Assembly: GCA_021513715.1 (NCBI GenBank)
Contig: CP084167.1
Coordinates: forward strand, 1,152,001-1,216,000
Reading direction: 5' to 3'
DNA from: Candidatus Heimdallarchaeum endolithica
GTDB taxonomy: Archaea; Asgardarchaeota; Heimdallarchaeia; Heimdallarchaeales; Heimdallarchaeaceae
DNA length: 64,000 nt
In this document: piece by piece, positions 30,900 through 41,937 of the stretch
Position numbering within the stretch: the stretch's first letter is position 1
Layout of the letters: the number at the start of each line of letters is the position of its first letter
Notes under the pieces: generated by a model
What the model was told of the DNA's origin: nothing
Database searches by the model: none
Seen by the model: only the letters and a program-made list of their open reading frames with translations
Translations under genes and position numbers: made by a program

Positions 30900-31757
30900 T
30901 TGATTAAAATGGTTGAATTTATTAAAATCACTCCATCTGTTTATGCCCATGTTATGGGAGAAACAAGAGGAAACGTTGCATTCATTAATTTAAGAACATC
31001 AATCGCTTTTATTGATTCTGGGATATATCCAACTGTGGCAAAAGAGGCTAGAAAGGTTGCAGAAGAAACCACAGGGTTAAAAACCAAATATTTAATCATT
31101 ACTCATTATCATAGTGACCATATTCTTGGAAATCAAGTCTTTGAAGATTGCAAGATTATATCTTCTAAAGACACATATAATTTAATCAAAAAAGATGCTG
31201 AAGAACGTTTTTCAGAAGATAATATTAAAAAATATATTAAAGAGAATCCTGAACTCAGAGATAAATGGAAGGGTTTACGTATTGTTCTCCCCAATGAGAC
31301 TTTTGAAGAAAAGTATATCTTAAAAGAAGGAGAAAAAACACTTGAGATAGTTCAAGTGGGAGGACATACTAAAGGTAGCTCTTATGTTTATTTTAAAGAA
31401 GAAGAAGTGGTTATTGTTAGTGATTTGCTTTTTTCAGAAACATTTCCTTATGCTGGAGATGAAACTTCAGACATTCAGCAGTGGATAAAAGCTTTACAGA
31501 TTATAAAGAAATTACAGCCTAACATTGTAGTTCCTGGTCATGGACCTATCACCTCTGTAAAAGAAATAGATACATACATTCATTATTTCGAGGAGTTTGC
31601 AGAGAAAATAGAGAAATACGTTAAAGAGGATAAACCATTAGAAGATATTAACATTGAAAAAGACTTGCCTTCTTTTCCCTATCACGTTGATGAAACAAGG
31701 ATAAAAATGATGGTTGAACATGTTTATCATACAATAAAAGGAAAAATGGATAAATAA
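30900..31757 (+). CDS. MBL-fold metallo-hydrolase
   Basis: THYHSDHILG, GHT, SDL, VPGHG. Confidence 0.93.
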   Translation: MIKMVEFIKITPSVYAHVMGETRGNVAFINLRTSIAFIDSGIYPTVAKEARKVAEETTGLKTKYLIITHYHSDHILGNQVFEDCKIISSKDTYNLIKKDAEERFSEDNIKKYIKENPELRDKWKGLRIVLPNETFEEKYILKEGEKTLEIVQVGGHTKGSSYVYFKEEEVVIVSDLLFSETFPYAGDETSDIQQWIKALQIIKKLQPNIVVPGHGPITSVKEIDTYIHYFEEFAEKIEKYVKEDKPLEDINIEKDLPSFPYHVDETRIKMMVEHVYHTIKGKMDK

Positions 31758-31931
31758 TTATGAATTTATAATAATTCTCTAACTACATTCATAGAATCTA
31801 TAGACTCTTGTAAACTTAATTCATATACAATGGGTCATTTAAACTTCTTTCTAATCAGAAATTCTATGAAACTTTTTACTGGTAAGTCTAGGGAACCTAA
31901 AGTTTTATGTTCTAACCCTGGAAATCTGCCA

Positions 31932-32273
31932 TCATGTAAAAACAGCAATTTGACTATTTAATGGAATGAACAAATGGGGGATGAATAACATTACAAATGA
32001 AAGAACTAAAGCTGGCGCGCCAGTCCAGATAAAAAATTTCCTTTTTCCTAACTTCATATTTGAAGGGAGAATATCAGAAATGTAACCAAAAAGAAAACCA
32101 GAAAAAGCGATAACTATTTTCCCTACAGCATTTCCAATAGAATTCCAAGTTTGATTCAGAGCAAAGTGATTGTTATATATCCAAACTGTTGCCAAAGAAC
32201 TCATATTCATAAAAATAGATGTTCCAAATCTACAAGCACCATATGAAACTTTTTGCTTTTTTGTAAGGTACAT
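31932..32273 (-). pseudogene. truncated MFS (GPH/MelB-like) transporter
   Basis: KVSYG, FGYISD...KLGKRKFFI; ends after ~3 TM with no recognisable continuation. Confidence 0.7.
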
Positions 32274-32406
32274 GTTCTCTTAATCCAGTCTTCACAACAT
32301 TTGCTATGTTTATTGACTGGTTGGGGAGAGTCTTGAAGAAATTACGTAAAATTTCAACTCATGGACAATAAGTAACTATTAAGGTTAAAAAAGTTAACGG
32401 GAAAAT

Positions 32407-33141
32407 TTAGCTATCAGCTTGAATTTGGGATTCAATCCATTGTTTGATAATTGAAAAAGCCTTATCTTTACCATAATCTTCAGGAATTATGTGCCCTCCT
32501 TTATTAATAAATACGAGGTTTTTATTCTCATGGGGTATTTTACTATATATCTTCTTTGCATGTGATACTGGAACTGATGGGTCTCTCACAGAATGGAGAA
32601 TCAGTGTAGGAACAGAAATCTTTGAAAGATTTTTTCTTGTTTCTTTCAATAACTCAATTAACCAGAAAACACTTTTTGTATAATATTTTTTGTAACATTT
32701 GTGGGTTTTCTTTACTTCTTCATCTTCAATCTCTTCATTGGTGTTATATTGAACTGGGATCAACTTTACCAAAAAAGGAAAAACTTTAACAAAGACTGCC
32801 CTGATGTCAGGAATATTATAAGGAGTAGACATTGCTATTATTCCTGTGATCGAAGGATTTTGAGATGCAAGATAAAGAGAAATTGCCCCGCCCATGCTTA
32901 AACCAGCAACAAAAACTTTGTCAACTTCTTTTTTTAGTTGAATTAGCTGTTCATTTGCGTAAGTAACTATTTTCATCCAATTAAGATTAGCATGCTCTTT
33001 AGCTGTTGTCTCATGTCCAGGAAGAGTTATATTATTTACTAAATAACCTTCATTTTTCAGGAAGTTTTCTAGAGGTTGCATTTCGAAATGAGTACCAGTA
33101 AAACCATGTATTAACAAAAACCCTACTTTCTCTTGAGACAT
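32407..33141 (-). CDS. carboxylesterase (alpha/beta hydrolase)
   Basis: LIHGFTG, LPGH, GLSMGG nucleophile elbow, D and H of the triad. Confidence 0.92.
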   Translation of the reverse strand: MSQEKVGFLLIHGFTGTHFEMQPLENFLKNEGYLVNNITLPGHETTAKEHANLNWMKIVTYANEQLIQLKKEVDKVFVAGLSMGGAISLYLASQNPSITGIIAMSTPYNIPDIRAVFVKVFPFLVKLIPVQYNTNEEIEDEEVKKTHKCYKKYYTKSVFWLIELLKETRKNLSKISVPTLILHSVRDPSVPVSHAKKIYSKIPHENKNLVFINKGGHIIPEDYGKDKAFSIIKQWIESQIQADS

Positions 33142-33271
33142 AAGAAATTATTTTTATTGTTTCTTTTTAATCTTTTTGTCAAAATAAGTAAAAACAACAT
33201 CAAATTTTGACTAAGGATTAATGTATTTTCTCAAAAGAACAAACACAAAAACACAAAGCTAAAATAGAAAG

Positions 33272-33862
33272 ATGTTTAATAAAATCTGTATGACTAATGA
33301 CCTTTGGTTCTGGATAATAATCGGAATAATTGCCACATTTCTAATAATCTGGCTATTCGTATCTATTTATAGGGGAATAAAGCATGAAATGTTACAGATA
33401 CTAGGTTATCTTTTACTCATGGCTAGTTTAACACTAACAATAGGTGATTATCCAGTACCTTCCTACTTTGAAATAATTGGAGGAATCCTAGGCTATATTG
33501 CTCTGATTATAGCTTTTTTCAGTGTCTTAATGGCAAATAGGAGATGGGTTATTCGAAGAGGAATAAAAAATCTTAACAAATTCAAGAATTTAATGATATT
33601 TGCTTATGCAAGACATCCTCTTACTTTATCAATGATTATAGTAAGTTTAGCAGTGTTTATGATAAACAATTCAGTGCTCTCTAACGTTCTTTGTGTGATG
33701 GCAGGAATGTGTTTCATTCTATCTTCTATTGAAAAAGACTTATTTTATGAACAACAATACGGTTATCCATATAAATTCTATTGTAGCAAAGTTCCTCGTT
33801 TTAATCTTATTTTAGGTTTTATTCGTTCTTTCAAAACAGAAAAAGAAGAAAGTAGAAGTTAA
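33272..33862 (+). CDS. ICMT/PEMT-like membrane methyltransferase family protein
   Basis: AYARHP, EK...YG..Y..Y.SKVPRF. Confidence 0.7.
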   Translation: MFNKICMTNDLWFWIIIGIIATFLIIWLFVSIYRGIKHEMLQILGYLLLMASLTLTIGDYPVPSYFEIIGGILGYIALIIAFFSVLMANRRWVIRRGIKNLNKFKNLMIFAYARHPLTLSMIIVSLAVFMINNSVLSNVLCVMAGMCFILSSIEKDLFYEQQYGYPYKFYCSKVPRFNLILGFIRSFKTEKEESRS

Positions 33863-33869
33863 ATAATTT

Positions 33870-35159
33870 TTATTCTTCTAAAGTGTCTACAGATGGGATT
33901 AGGAATATCCAGAGACCTGCAATCAATGCAAATATTCCACCTAAAATAATTGCTCCACTAAATCCAAAACTAGATTTTAGCATTAATGTTACAATTATAG
34001 GAGCAAAAAATGTTCCTAGTCTTCCAGTATTAAAACTCACAGATGTTCCTGTTGCTCTAACTTTTTGAGGAAAGATTTTAGCAAATAAAGGTCCAAAACC
34101 AGAGAATATTCCTGTTCCTAAACCTATAACTATAAAAGACAAAATAAGTATTCCTTTATTTGTTCCAGCAAAAGCAAATATTACTGCTCCAGTAGCAAGA
34201 ATTAAAGTATAACTGAAAAAGGTGAGCTTAGGCTTTTTAGTAGCATCTGCAATAAAACCAAAAGAAAGATAACCAATAAAAGCACCTAATTGAGCTAAAA
34301 GAGTGATTTTTCCAACCCAAGAAGCATCATCAAGAATAGATTTAAGATACTTTGGAGCCCAAGAAAAAATAACCCAATAAGCCATTAAAGCAAAGAAAGA
34401 CAAAATTATTCCTAAAAGAAGCGAAAGTTTGACTTTCTTTAGATCCTTAAATTGGTGATTAAGAGTCATACGAATATAAGCTGCTCCTCTGGGTATCGTT
34501 CTTTCTTTCTCATTATCTTCAACTATTTTCATTTCACCAGTAGCTTCTGCTTTAAAAATTAAGAACTTGGGTGATTCAGGAAGAAAGAAAATCATTAAGA
34601 TAGCAAAAAACAATGAAATAGCTCCAGAACCACCATAAGACCATCTCCAACCGATAACAGGTGTAAGGAAAGAACCTACAACTGCAGCCAAAGCTGCGCC
34701 TAAAGGAGCTCCTGTTTGAATAAACGCACTAGCAGATCCTCTATATTTCTTTGGTATAGTCTCGTTTACTAGTGTGTGCCCAGCTGCCCATTCTCCTCCA
34801 ATACCAAATCCAGTGATTAATTGAAATAATATCAATGCTGTAAAAGATTTGGCGAAGGAACATAATACAACCCCCAAAGAAAAGATCATTATTGAAGCAA
34901 CTATCATTGTTTTTCTACCAAAAATGTCACTCAAATAACCTAATATTATTCCCCCTAAAGCAGTCACTGAAAGAGAAGCAGAATAAATTAAAGCTAATTG
35001 ATGGTCAGTCAGTGTTATTTCATTAGGAATATACAACATCAAAAAGCTGTATAATATTAGGTTGTAAAAATCAAACAACCAACCTATCCATGAAAATGAT
35101 ATAACTTTAGCATAATTCCAATTAATATTTTTCAAATTCATCTGGCTCAGATGAAGCAA
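33870..35159 (-). CDS. MFS transporter
   Basis: GYLSDIFGRK, GIGGEW, LPESP. Confidence 0.93.
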   Translation of the reverse strand: MLHLSQMNLKNINWNYAKVISFSWIGWLFDFYNLILYSFLMLYIPNEITLTDHQLALIYSASLSVTALGGIILGYLSDIFGRKTMIVASIMIFSLGVVLCSFAKSFTALILFQLITGFGIGGEWAAGHTLVNETIPKKYRGSASAFIQTGAPLGAALAAVVGSFLTPVIGWRWSYGGSGAISLFFAILMIFFLPESPKFLIFKAEATGEMKIVEDNEKERTIPRGAAYIRMTLNHQFKDLKKVKLSLLLGIILSFFALMAYWVIFSWAPKYLKSILDDASWVGKITLLAQLGAFIGYLSFGFIADATKKPKLTFFSYTLILATGAVIFAFAGTNKGILILSFIVIGLGTGIFSGFGPLFAKIFPQKVRATGTSVSFNTGRLGTFFAPIIVTLMLKSSFGFSGAIILGGIFALIAGLWIFLIPSVDTLEE

Positions 35160-35207
35160 TCTAAAAGTGCTTTTAAAATTGACTAAATGAGCCTAATTAT
35201 TATTGTT

Positions 35208-35642
35208 CTATTTTAATTTTTCAACCATAATAGCAGGACATATATTGAAAATTCCTGGCAGTTTACTTAATTTTTGCTCAAATTCATTTAACTCTTCTAG
35301 ATCATGAAACCAAGCTTCTATCATAACCATATGATCACCGGTGGAAGTTGTTAAACTAATAACTTCAGGCAAGTTTTTTAACTCTAAAAGCGTTGAAGTA
35401 TAGTACTCTTCTTTGATATCAAAACCAATCATTGCTTCAATCTTAAAACCGATTTTTCTTGGATCAACATCAATAGTAAACTTTCTAATAACACCTTTAT
35501 TTATTAATTTTTTTACCCTTTTTCTTACTGTTGCTTCTGTCACAGAAAATTTTTCAGCTATTTTATTATAAGAAATCCTACTATTTTTCTTTAATTCTTC
35601 TATTATTGCAATATCTGTAATTTTATTTCTTTGAGCTTCCAT
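35208..35642 (-). CDS. Lrp/AsnC family regulator (LrpA-like)
   Basis: NSRISYNKIA..VTEATVRKRVKKL, TSTGDHM, CPAI. Confidence 0.92.
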   Translation of the reverse strand: MEAQRNKITDIAIIEELKKNSRISYNKIAEKFSVTEATVRKRVKKLINKGVIRKFTIDVDPRKIGFKIEAMIGFDIKEEYYTSTLLELKNLPEVISLTTSTGDHMVMIEAWFHDLEELNEFEQKLSKLPGIFNICPAIMVEKLK

Positions 35643-35678
35643 CTTTTCTACCTGCAGCTAAATATATCAATAAAAAAA

Positions 35679-35745
35679 GTTCGAATTTCGAACCTTTTTA
35701 TTTTGTAATTCGAAAAGATTTATATAAACTTTCGCATATATCGAA
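35679..35745. promoter_or_regulatory. TTCGAA-type repeats and TATA box in the divergent lrp/prx promoter
   Basis: GTTCGAA-T-TTCGAAC at 35679-35693, TTCGAA at 35709, TTTATATAAA at 35719, TTCG-CATATAT-CGAA at 35731. Confidence 0.55.
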
Positions 35746-35753
35746 TCAGAAAG

Positions 35754-36431
35754 GTGAATAAAATGGAAAAAGAATATGAAGAAACTGGAAAGATACCTTT
35801 AATAGGAACACAGTTCCCAAAAATGGTTGTGAATACCTCACAAGGGATGAAAAAATTACCTATGGACTATAAAGGAAAATGGGTTGTGCTATTTAGTCAT
35901 CCTGCAGACTTTACACCAGTATGTACTACAGAATTTGTTAGTTTTCAAAAACACTACGACCAATTCAAAAAATTAAATGTAGAACTTATTGGATTGAGTA
36001 TGGATCAGGTTTTCAGTCATATAAAATGGATTGACTGGATAAAGGAACAACTAGATGTTGAGATTAAATTCCCAATAATTGCAGATCACGGAGAAGTAGC
36101 TCGTAAACTTGGAATGTTACATTACAAAGCAACAAATACTGTTAGAGCTGTATTTATCATTGATCCTAAAGGAACGATTCGAGCAATCTTATATTACCCA
36201 AGTGAACTTGGAAGAAATATGAAAGAGATACTAAGAATGATAAAAGGCTTAAAATTTGCAGAAGAGCATAATGTAGCTATTCCTGCCAACTGGCCTGAAA
36301 ATGAACTTATAGAAGATAAAGTAATTATCCCCCCTGCAGGAGATGTAGAAACAGCAAAAGACAGACTTGCTCATGCCAAAGCTGGAGAATATGAGTGCTT
36401 CGATTGGTGGTTCTGTTATAAAAAAGAATAA
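35754..36431 (+). CDS. peroxiredoxin (archaeal Prx6 type)
   Basis: [27 protein letters not shown]-terminal CFDWWFC. Confidence 0.96.
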   Translation: MNKMEKEYEETGKIPLIGTQFPKMVVNTSQGMKKLPMDYKGKWVVLFSHPADFTPVCTTEFVSFQKHYDQFKKLNVELIGLSMDQVFSHIKWIDWIKEQLDVEIKFPIIADHGEVARKLGMLHYKATNTVRAVFIIDPKGTIRAILYYPSELGRNMKEILRMIKGLKFAEEHNVAIPANWPENELIEDKVIIPPAGDVETAKDRLAHAKAGEYECFDWWFCYKKE

Positions 36432-37007
36432 TTTTTCTTTTTTCTTATTTTTTAAAGACAATTTTTAAAAAATGACTATTGAAAGAATAGTTAATGAATG
36501 ATGATAAACATATAGAATTCTTAACAACGAAGACTAATCCTGAAGTAAAAATCAGATTGATGACAATAAAAGCAAAGAATACTAAATACTCCAATCGTAA
36601 TTTTTTTCTAATTATGGGGTGGTTAAGTGAAATTAGTTTATTTGAACCACTAGCTGAACAATTAGCAGAATTTGGTAATGTCTTTATTTATGAACCCAGA
36701 GGGTACGGAAAATCAATCACTCCTCACAAAAAAGGTCTTTTTTCAATTGAAGAGTATAATGAAGAGATATCTACAGTCTTACAACTTAAGGGGTTAAAAG
36801 ATAAAGAATTTATTATTTTTGGTAGTTGCTCTGGTGGAGCAATGGCTTTCTGTTACTATTTAGACGGTAAAGGTCCTAAACCTTTTGCAATGGCAATTAT
36901 CAGCCCTCAACCACATTACAAAACACCTTTTTGGTTACCTATCTTTGGTCATTTACCCAACTTTCTTATGAATTTTATTCAAAAATTAATTATTGTTTTT
37001 ATGAATA

Positions 37008-38009
37008 AGCATGTCCAAAAATTCTTTTTCACCTACTAAACGGTCCGAAGGAGTAAAAGGTAGTTGTAACAGAGAAGAGAACTGTACAAGGTAGAGAGGA
37101 TGGTGGAGGGTAAACGATCAAGGATTGGGGGAAGAGAGAGTTTAAGGAGACCAAAGACGTGTTCAATACTACTACGATACTCGGGATGATGATTACGACG
37201 ATACAGACCAGGGTAGAGACGATGAGCTTGAACTATTGGTCCGAGGGGAGGAGGAGAGGGATAACGAGCATTACTTTTTGGGGGAATAACAGGAAAAAAG
37301 GAATGTTGGCTAAGAAGTCCAACGATATTTTCTGTCCAGTAGGCACAGTCTCCATAAAATCGCAAGAAAGGTCTCAAGAGTGCAGAAGGAAGTTTCTGCC
37401 AGAGTAAACCGAAGACTTTACTATCATGAGTGTTACTAGCAGAATGAGCGAGAGAGACTATAGCTCGAGAGGGTAAACCAACTATAAGGTGTATCTTCCA
37501 GAAAAGTTTAGAGGTTTTCTTTAGTGTCCCTCTTGACCATTTGAGAAAACGCCAAACAGAAGCTTGACGGATTTTAAACCCTGAACTATCCACTGCCATA
37601 GCTTTCAAGCCTTTTTTCCTCACTATTTCCCTACCTAACTCTATTATCCACTGCTCTAAGATTTTACTTTCTGTCGCTCTCCACACTGCATGAAAAGTAG
37701 ATTTAGAAGGAATCTTCTTCATCCACCCCTCTTCTATCAAAAAATCGCATAAAGACAACTTTTCCTCTAACTTCCTCCAAGCTATCCCTTCTATTCTAGC
37801 AATGATTGCTAAAGCCAGTATCACCCATCTTTCTGCTATTCTCTTTCTCCCTCTCTTGCTTTCTCTCGGTTCCTCTTTCACCAGTTTCTTAAGGAAAGGT
37901 TCATTAATGATTATGAATTCTCTTGCTTTGTGGGGGTCTATGATCTGAAAGAAATTCATACTTCCGACATAAACCCCCACATTAATAAAAATTAATTTTT
38001 GGACATGCT
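37008..38009 (-). mobile_element. IS5-family insertion sequence (copy 2, intact, 1002 bp)
   Basis: 16-bp TIRs AGCATGTCCAAAAATT; direct repeat TTTATGAATA at 36998-37007 and 38010-38019. Confidence 0.96.
37036..37980 (-). CDS. DDE transposase (IS5 family)
   Basis: AVDSSG, KIHL, YGDCAY, RSSIEHVFGLLK. Confidence 0.93.
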   Translation of the reverse strand: MGVYVGSMNFFQIIDPHKAREFIIINEPFLKKLVKEEPRESKRGRKRIAERWVILALAIIARIEGIAWRKLEEKLSLCDFLIEEGWMKKIPSKSTFHAVWRATESKILEQWIIELGREIVRKKGLKAMAVDSSGFKIRQASVWRFLKWSRGTLKKTSKLFWKIHLIVGLPSRAIVSLAHSASNTHDSKVFGLLWQKLPSALLRPFLRFYGDCAYWTENIVGLLSQHSFFPVIPPKSNARYPSPPPLGPIVQAHRLYPGLYRRNHHPEYRSSIEHVFGLLKLSLPPILDRLPSTILSTLYSSLLCYNYLLLLRTV

Positions 38010-38347
38010 TTTATGAATATTTATCTGAAATTTAAAGACCCTGAAGAAGTAAAAAACGTTATTCATGCAAAAACACAATTAACAAAAAATGATGCATGGT
38101 GTCTTCGTAGATTTGTTCATGAATTCATAATCCCTTACGATATCAAGGACAGAATAGCTGATATAGACATTCCTATGGTAATGTTTGTGGGTAAAAAAGA
38201 CCATTTTCTAAACTTAAAGCAATCAAAGCAATTCTTACTTAACTCTAAATCCAAACTAATTGAACTGGAAGAAACTGCTCATAGAATTCAAGAAGGAAAT
38301 GAAAAGAAAATGGCTGAAGAAACAAATATTTTTCTAGAAAATCTACT

Positions 38348-39238
38348 TTAATCTATCTTTTTCCTTACTTCTTCTATTTGCTTAATTGTTGGGACTAGTG
38401 AAACTATTATTGTTCCTTAGCCAGTGTTTACTCCAATTATCGGACTGCATACAGACTTATAGATAGAGCACAATTCTACTTTCTGTTTAAGTTTGTTTTC
38501 TATATATTCTACCCCTTGCTCGTTGTTTAAATGTGTAATAATCATGTCATATTTCCAGCCATTTTTTATTTTACTAAGAGTTAAATGAACCAATCGTTTA
38601 ACCATTGATTTCCTAAAAAAAAGACCAGGAAACTTTGAAATCAATTTCCCTTGCTTAGACATTATAGCAACAGGTTTTATCTTCATAAATCTTGTGAAAT
38701 CAAGTAGTAGTTTTGATTTTAGTCTTCCAGACTTATAGACATTATCTAATGTTAAAAATCCAACTGTTAAAATAGAATATTTTTTCATTTCTTCAAGCAT
38801 TTCAATTATTTTTTCCAGACTTTTTCCCATTCTAACTAGTTTTGCTGCTGAAAGAACAAGTAATCCTTGAACTCCTGAAGCTGAAACAGAATCAATAAGA
38901 GTAACTTTTCCTTTAAACTTTCTAGCAATCATTCTCACACTATTATATGTTGAAGTTAAAGCAGAAGAAACAGAAATGTAAATAATGTGGTCATAGTTCT
39001 GTTTATTTAGTGTATTGTCAAAAACTATTTGATAATCAGCAATATCTGGTGCAGAAGATTGAGGTATATAATCAAGTTCGGCTATTTTACTATAATATTC
39101 TGAAAAGGATAAATCTTTTCCAACTTTCCACACTTTATCTTTTAATAAAACGTTATGTGGAATTTGTTCAATGTCCCACTTATCATAGAGTTCGACTGGT
39201 AAATCAGCTGCAGAATCAGTAATAATTTTGATTTTCAT
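38348..39238 (-). pseudogene. DegV family protein with premature TAA at 38417-38419
   Basis: KIITDSAADLP, SVSSALTSTY, IDS.SAS, SGRL; frame continues past TAA as GTIIVSLVPTIKQIEEVRKKID*. Confidence 0.8.
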
Positions 39239-39374
39239 TCTTATTTGAACTGTTAATTGTGCGAATGTTAAATTTTTTCCCCAAAAAAATAGAAATAAGT
39301 TGGCCTTGTTATTTGTTACTTGGGAAAAAAACATAAACATCAAAACATAGATAATTTAGAGAAGTTGGTTTAAA

Positions 39375-41135
39375 TTGAGAACAGAAGAAATAATTTCATA
39401 TGCAATGGCTGATAAGAAGGCAAGTTTAATTTTGAGAGGAGGAAAAGTAGCTAATGTTTATACAAGAGAATTAATTGATGCGGACGTTGTAATTGCAGAT
39501 AATTATATTGTATATGTTGGAAAAAACACAGATGATTTTAAAGGTGAAAAAACACAAATTATTAAGTTAGAAGACAAGGTAATCTGCCCAGGATTAATAG
39601 AATCACATATTCACGTTGAATCATCCATGTTATCTTTAACTGAATTCTCCAAAGTTGTAGTTTCTAAAGGAACCACCACATGTGTAATTGATCCCCACGA
39701 AATCGCAAATGTTTGTGGAATTGAAGGCATAAACCTATTTATTGAAGAAAGTAAAGAATTACCAGTGAAATTTTTAATTGAAGCTCCTTCTTGTGTTCCT
39801 TCTTTATCTGGTTTTGAAACACCAGGAGCAGAATTAGATGTTAATAAAATCATAAAGTTGCTTAAAAAAGATGAGATTTTTGGTTTAGCAGAAATGATGA
39901 ATTTTCCTGGAGTATATCTCCGATTTCCTGATGTATTAGGAAAAATTGATGCTGCAAAAAAATCTAAAAAAATAGTAGAAGGACATGCTCCTCTATTAAC
40001 GAATAAAGAATTACAAGCATATATAGCTGCTGGAATTTCTTCAGACCATGAAGCTACAACAGCAGAGGAAGCTTTAGAAAAACTACGTTTAGGAATGAAA
40101 CTACAAATAAGAGAAGGTTCTTTTGCTAAAGATCTTGAAAACATATTCTCCGATTTGATAAAATATGACATTGATTATAGGAACATTATTATTGCTTCTG
40201 ATGATAGAAATCCAATTGATTTAGTTGAAAAAGGGCATTTAGATTACTCTTTTAGAAAACTTGTTAAACTAAGTGTTGACCCCATCAAAGCTTTACAGAT
40301 GTTCACTATTAACACAGCAACTCACCTAAAATTGGATGACAAAATAGGCGGAATCTCTCCTGGTAAAATTGCGGATATTGTAGTAGTTAACGATTTGGAG
40401 AACTTTAACGTAGAAATGACTATTATTGAAGGAAAGATTGTTTATAGAGAGAATAAGGTTCAACAAAATATTATTAGAAAAAAATATCCTAAATCTGTTT
40501 TAGAAACGATGAAATTTTTTGAAGTTCCATCTATTTATGACCTTATGATTGAAGAGGAAGAGGAAGAGATAAGGGTTAATGTGATTGGATTAAAAGAGCA
40601 TTCTCTAATTACTGAACATTTACAATTAAAATTAAAGGCAATAGATGGATACCTTCAACCAGATTTAGAACAAGATATTCTTCCTGTTTTTGTAATAAAC
40701 CGTCATACACCAGAGAAAAATATTGGAAAAGGTTTTATCAAAGGTTTAGGAATAAAAGAAGGTGCTTTAGCAAGTACAATAGCTCACGATTGTCACCAAG
40801 TAATTTGTACTGGAACTAGTTATGAACTAATAATACAAGCTTTACAAAAGATCAAAGAAATAGGTGGAGGACAAGTTGTTGTAACAAAAAACAGTGCAGT
40901 GACACTTCCTTTGAAAATTGCAGGATTAATGAGTACTGAAACTTCTTCAGAAGTTGTTAAAAAAATAAGAACCATTAATCAAGAGTTGAAGAAACTTCAA
41001 CCAGCACTATCAGAACCTTTTATGGCTCTTGCTTTTGTAGCTTTACCTGTAATTCCACACTTGAAAATAACTGATAAAGGATTAGTAAACGTTGATACTT
41101 TTGGTTTCATTGAGTTAAAAATTCTAGAAAAATAG
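39375..41135 (+). CDS. ade: adenine deaminase
   Basis: PGLIESHIHVESS, DPHEIANV, LAEMMNFPGV, GHAP, SDHE, REGS, AHD, LPVIPHLKITDKG. Confidence 0.95.
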   Translation: MRTEEIISYAMADKKASLILRGGKVANVYTRELIDADVVIADNYIVYVGKNTDDFKGEKTQIIKLEDKVICPGLIESHIHVESSMLSLTEFSKVVVSKGTTTCVIDPHEIANVCGIEGINLFIEESKELPVKFLIEAPSCVPSLSGFETPGAELDVNKIIKLLKKDEIFGLAEMMNFPGVYLRFPDVLGKIDAAKKSKKIVEGHAPLLTNKELQAYIAAGISSDHEATTAEEALEKLRLGMKLQIREGSFAKDLENIFSDLIKYDIDYRNIIIASDDRNPIDLVEKGHLDYSFRKLVKLSVDPIKALQMFTINTATHLKLDDKIGGISPGKIADIVVVNDLENFNVEMTIIEGKIVYRENKVQQNIIRKKYPKSVLETMKFFEVPSIYDLMIEEEEEEIRVNVIGLKEHSLITEHLQLKLKAIDGYLQPDLEQDILPVFVINRHTPEKNIGKGFIKGLGIKEGALASTIAHDCHQVICTGTSYELIIQALQKIKEIGGGQVVVTKNSAVTLPLKIAGLMSTETSSEVVKKIRTINQELKKLQPALSEPFMALAFVALPVIPHLKITDKGLVNVDTFGFIELKILEK

Positions 41136-41196
41136 TTACTTAAAAGTAAATTGATAATTTTAATTAATAATACTTTTATAATGAATTTTTTCTTGT

Positions 41197-41934
41197 TTGA
41201 TTGCAATGACAGATGAGATTATTGTCAAAACTAAGAATTTACGAAGAACTTTTGAGTTTGGAGAGACAGAAGTTGTTGCTTTAGATAAAATAGATATGGA
41301 AATCAGAAGAGGAGAATTTGCTGTAGTTCTTGGTCCTTCTGGATCAGGCAAAACTACTTTACTCAATATGATAGGAGGAATTGACAAACCTACAAAGGGA
41401 AAGGTAGAAGTAGATGGAAAAGAAATAACGGCTTACGACAAAGATAAGCTAAATGAATACAGAAGAAATGATGTAGGCTGGATTTTTCAATTTTTCAACA
41501 TTGTAGCAAGTCTTAGAGCTTGGGAAAATGTTGGTTTAGCTTTAGAATTTAAAGGGGGGTATAAAACCCCAGAAATAAAAAAACTCTCTTATGAAATTTT
41601 AAAACATGTTGGGCTAAAAGGAAAAGAAGAAAGATTTCCCAGCCAACTATCAGGAGGAGAACAACAACGTGTCGCTATAGCTCGAGCATTAATCAAAAAA
41701 CCGAAAATTATTGTTGCAGATGAACCTACAGGAAACTTGGATTTTGTGACTGGCCAAAAAATTGCTGAATTAATGCGTAATTTAAATAAAGAAGAGAAAA
41801 CAACCTTCATTGTTGTAAGTCATGACCTCAACATTACTCAATATGCTGATAGAGTTTTTCATCTCCAAATGGGTAAAATAGAGAAGATAGAAGAACATCC
41901 GGGAACAATGGTATCTAACAAAGTGGAGGGATAG
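41197..41934 (+). CDS. ABC ATP-binding protein (LolD/MacB type)
   Basis: [39 protein letters not shown]. Confidence 0.95.
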   Translation: MIAMTDEIIVKTKNLRRTFEFGETEVVALDKIDMEIRRGEFAVVLGPSGSGKTTLLNMIGGIDKPTKGKVEVDGKEITAYDKDKLNEYRRNDVGWIFQFFNIVASLRAWENVGLALEFKGGYKTPEIKKLSYEILKHVGLKGKEERFPSQLSGGEQQRVAIARALIKKPKIIVADEPTGNLDFVTGQKIAELMRNLNKEEKTTFIVVSHDLNITQYADRVFHLQMGKIEKIEEHPGTMVSNKVEG

Positions 41935-41937
41935 TCA

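Larger units (their letters stand above)
36494..38351 (+). pseudogene. alpha/beta hydrolase interrupted by IS copy 2
   Basis: N-part (PRGYGKS, GSCSGG) and C-part (GKKD, TAH) rejoin in frame as IIVFMN|IYLKFK when the IS and one TSD are removed. Confidence 0.9.

Noticed and set aside
32285-32320. Imperfect hairpin CCAGTC...GACTGG upstream of the MFS fragment
   Set aside because: Short stems, no recognisable riboswitch or ncRNA motif; compatible with chance
37159-37407. 82-aa antisense ORF inside the IS (also 53896-54144)
   Set aside because: Repeated only because the IS copies are near-identical; no recognisable motif; explained by compositional skew
38417-38419. Possible recoding of the in-frame stop in degV
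   Set aside because: The codon is TAA, not TGA (Sec) or TAG (Pyl), and TAA ends many genes here; a nonsense mutation or error is simpler
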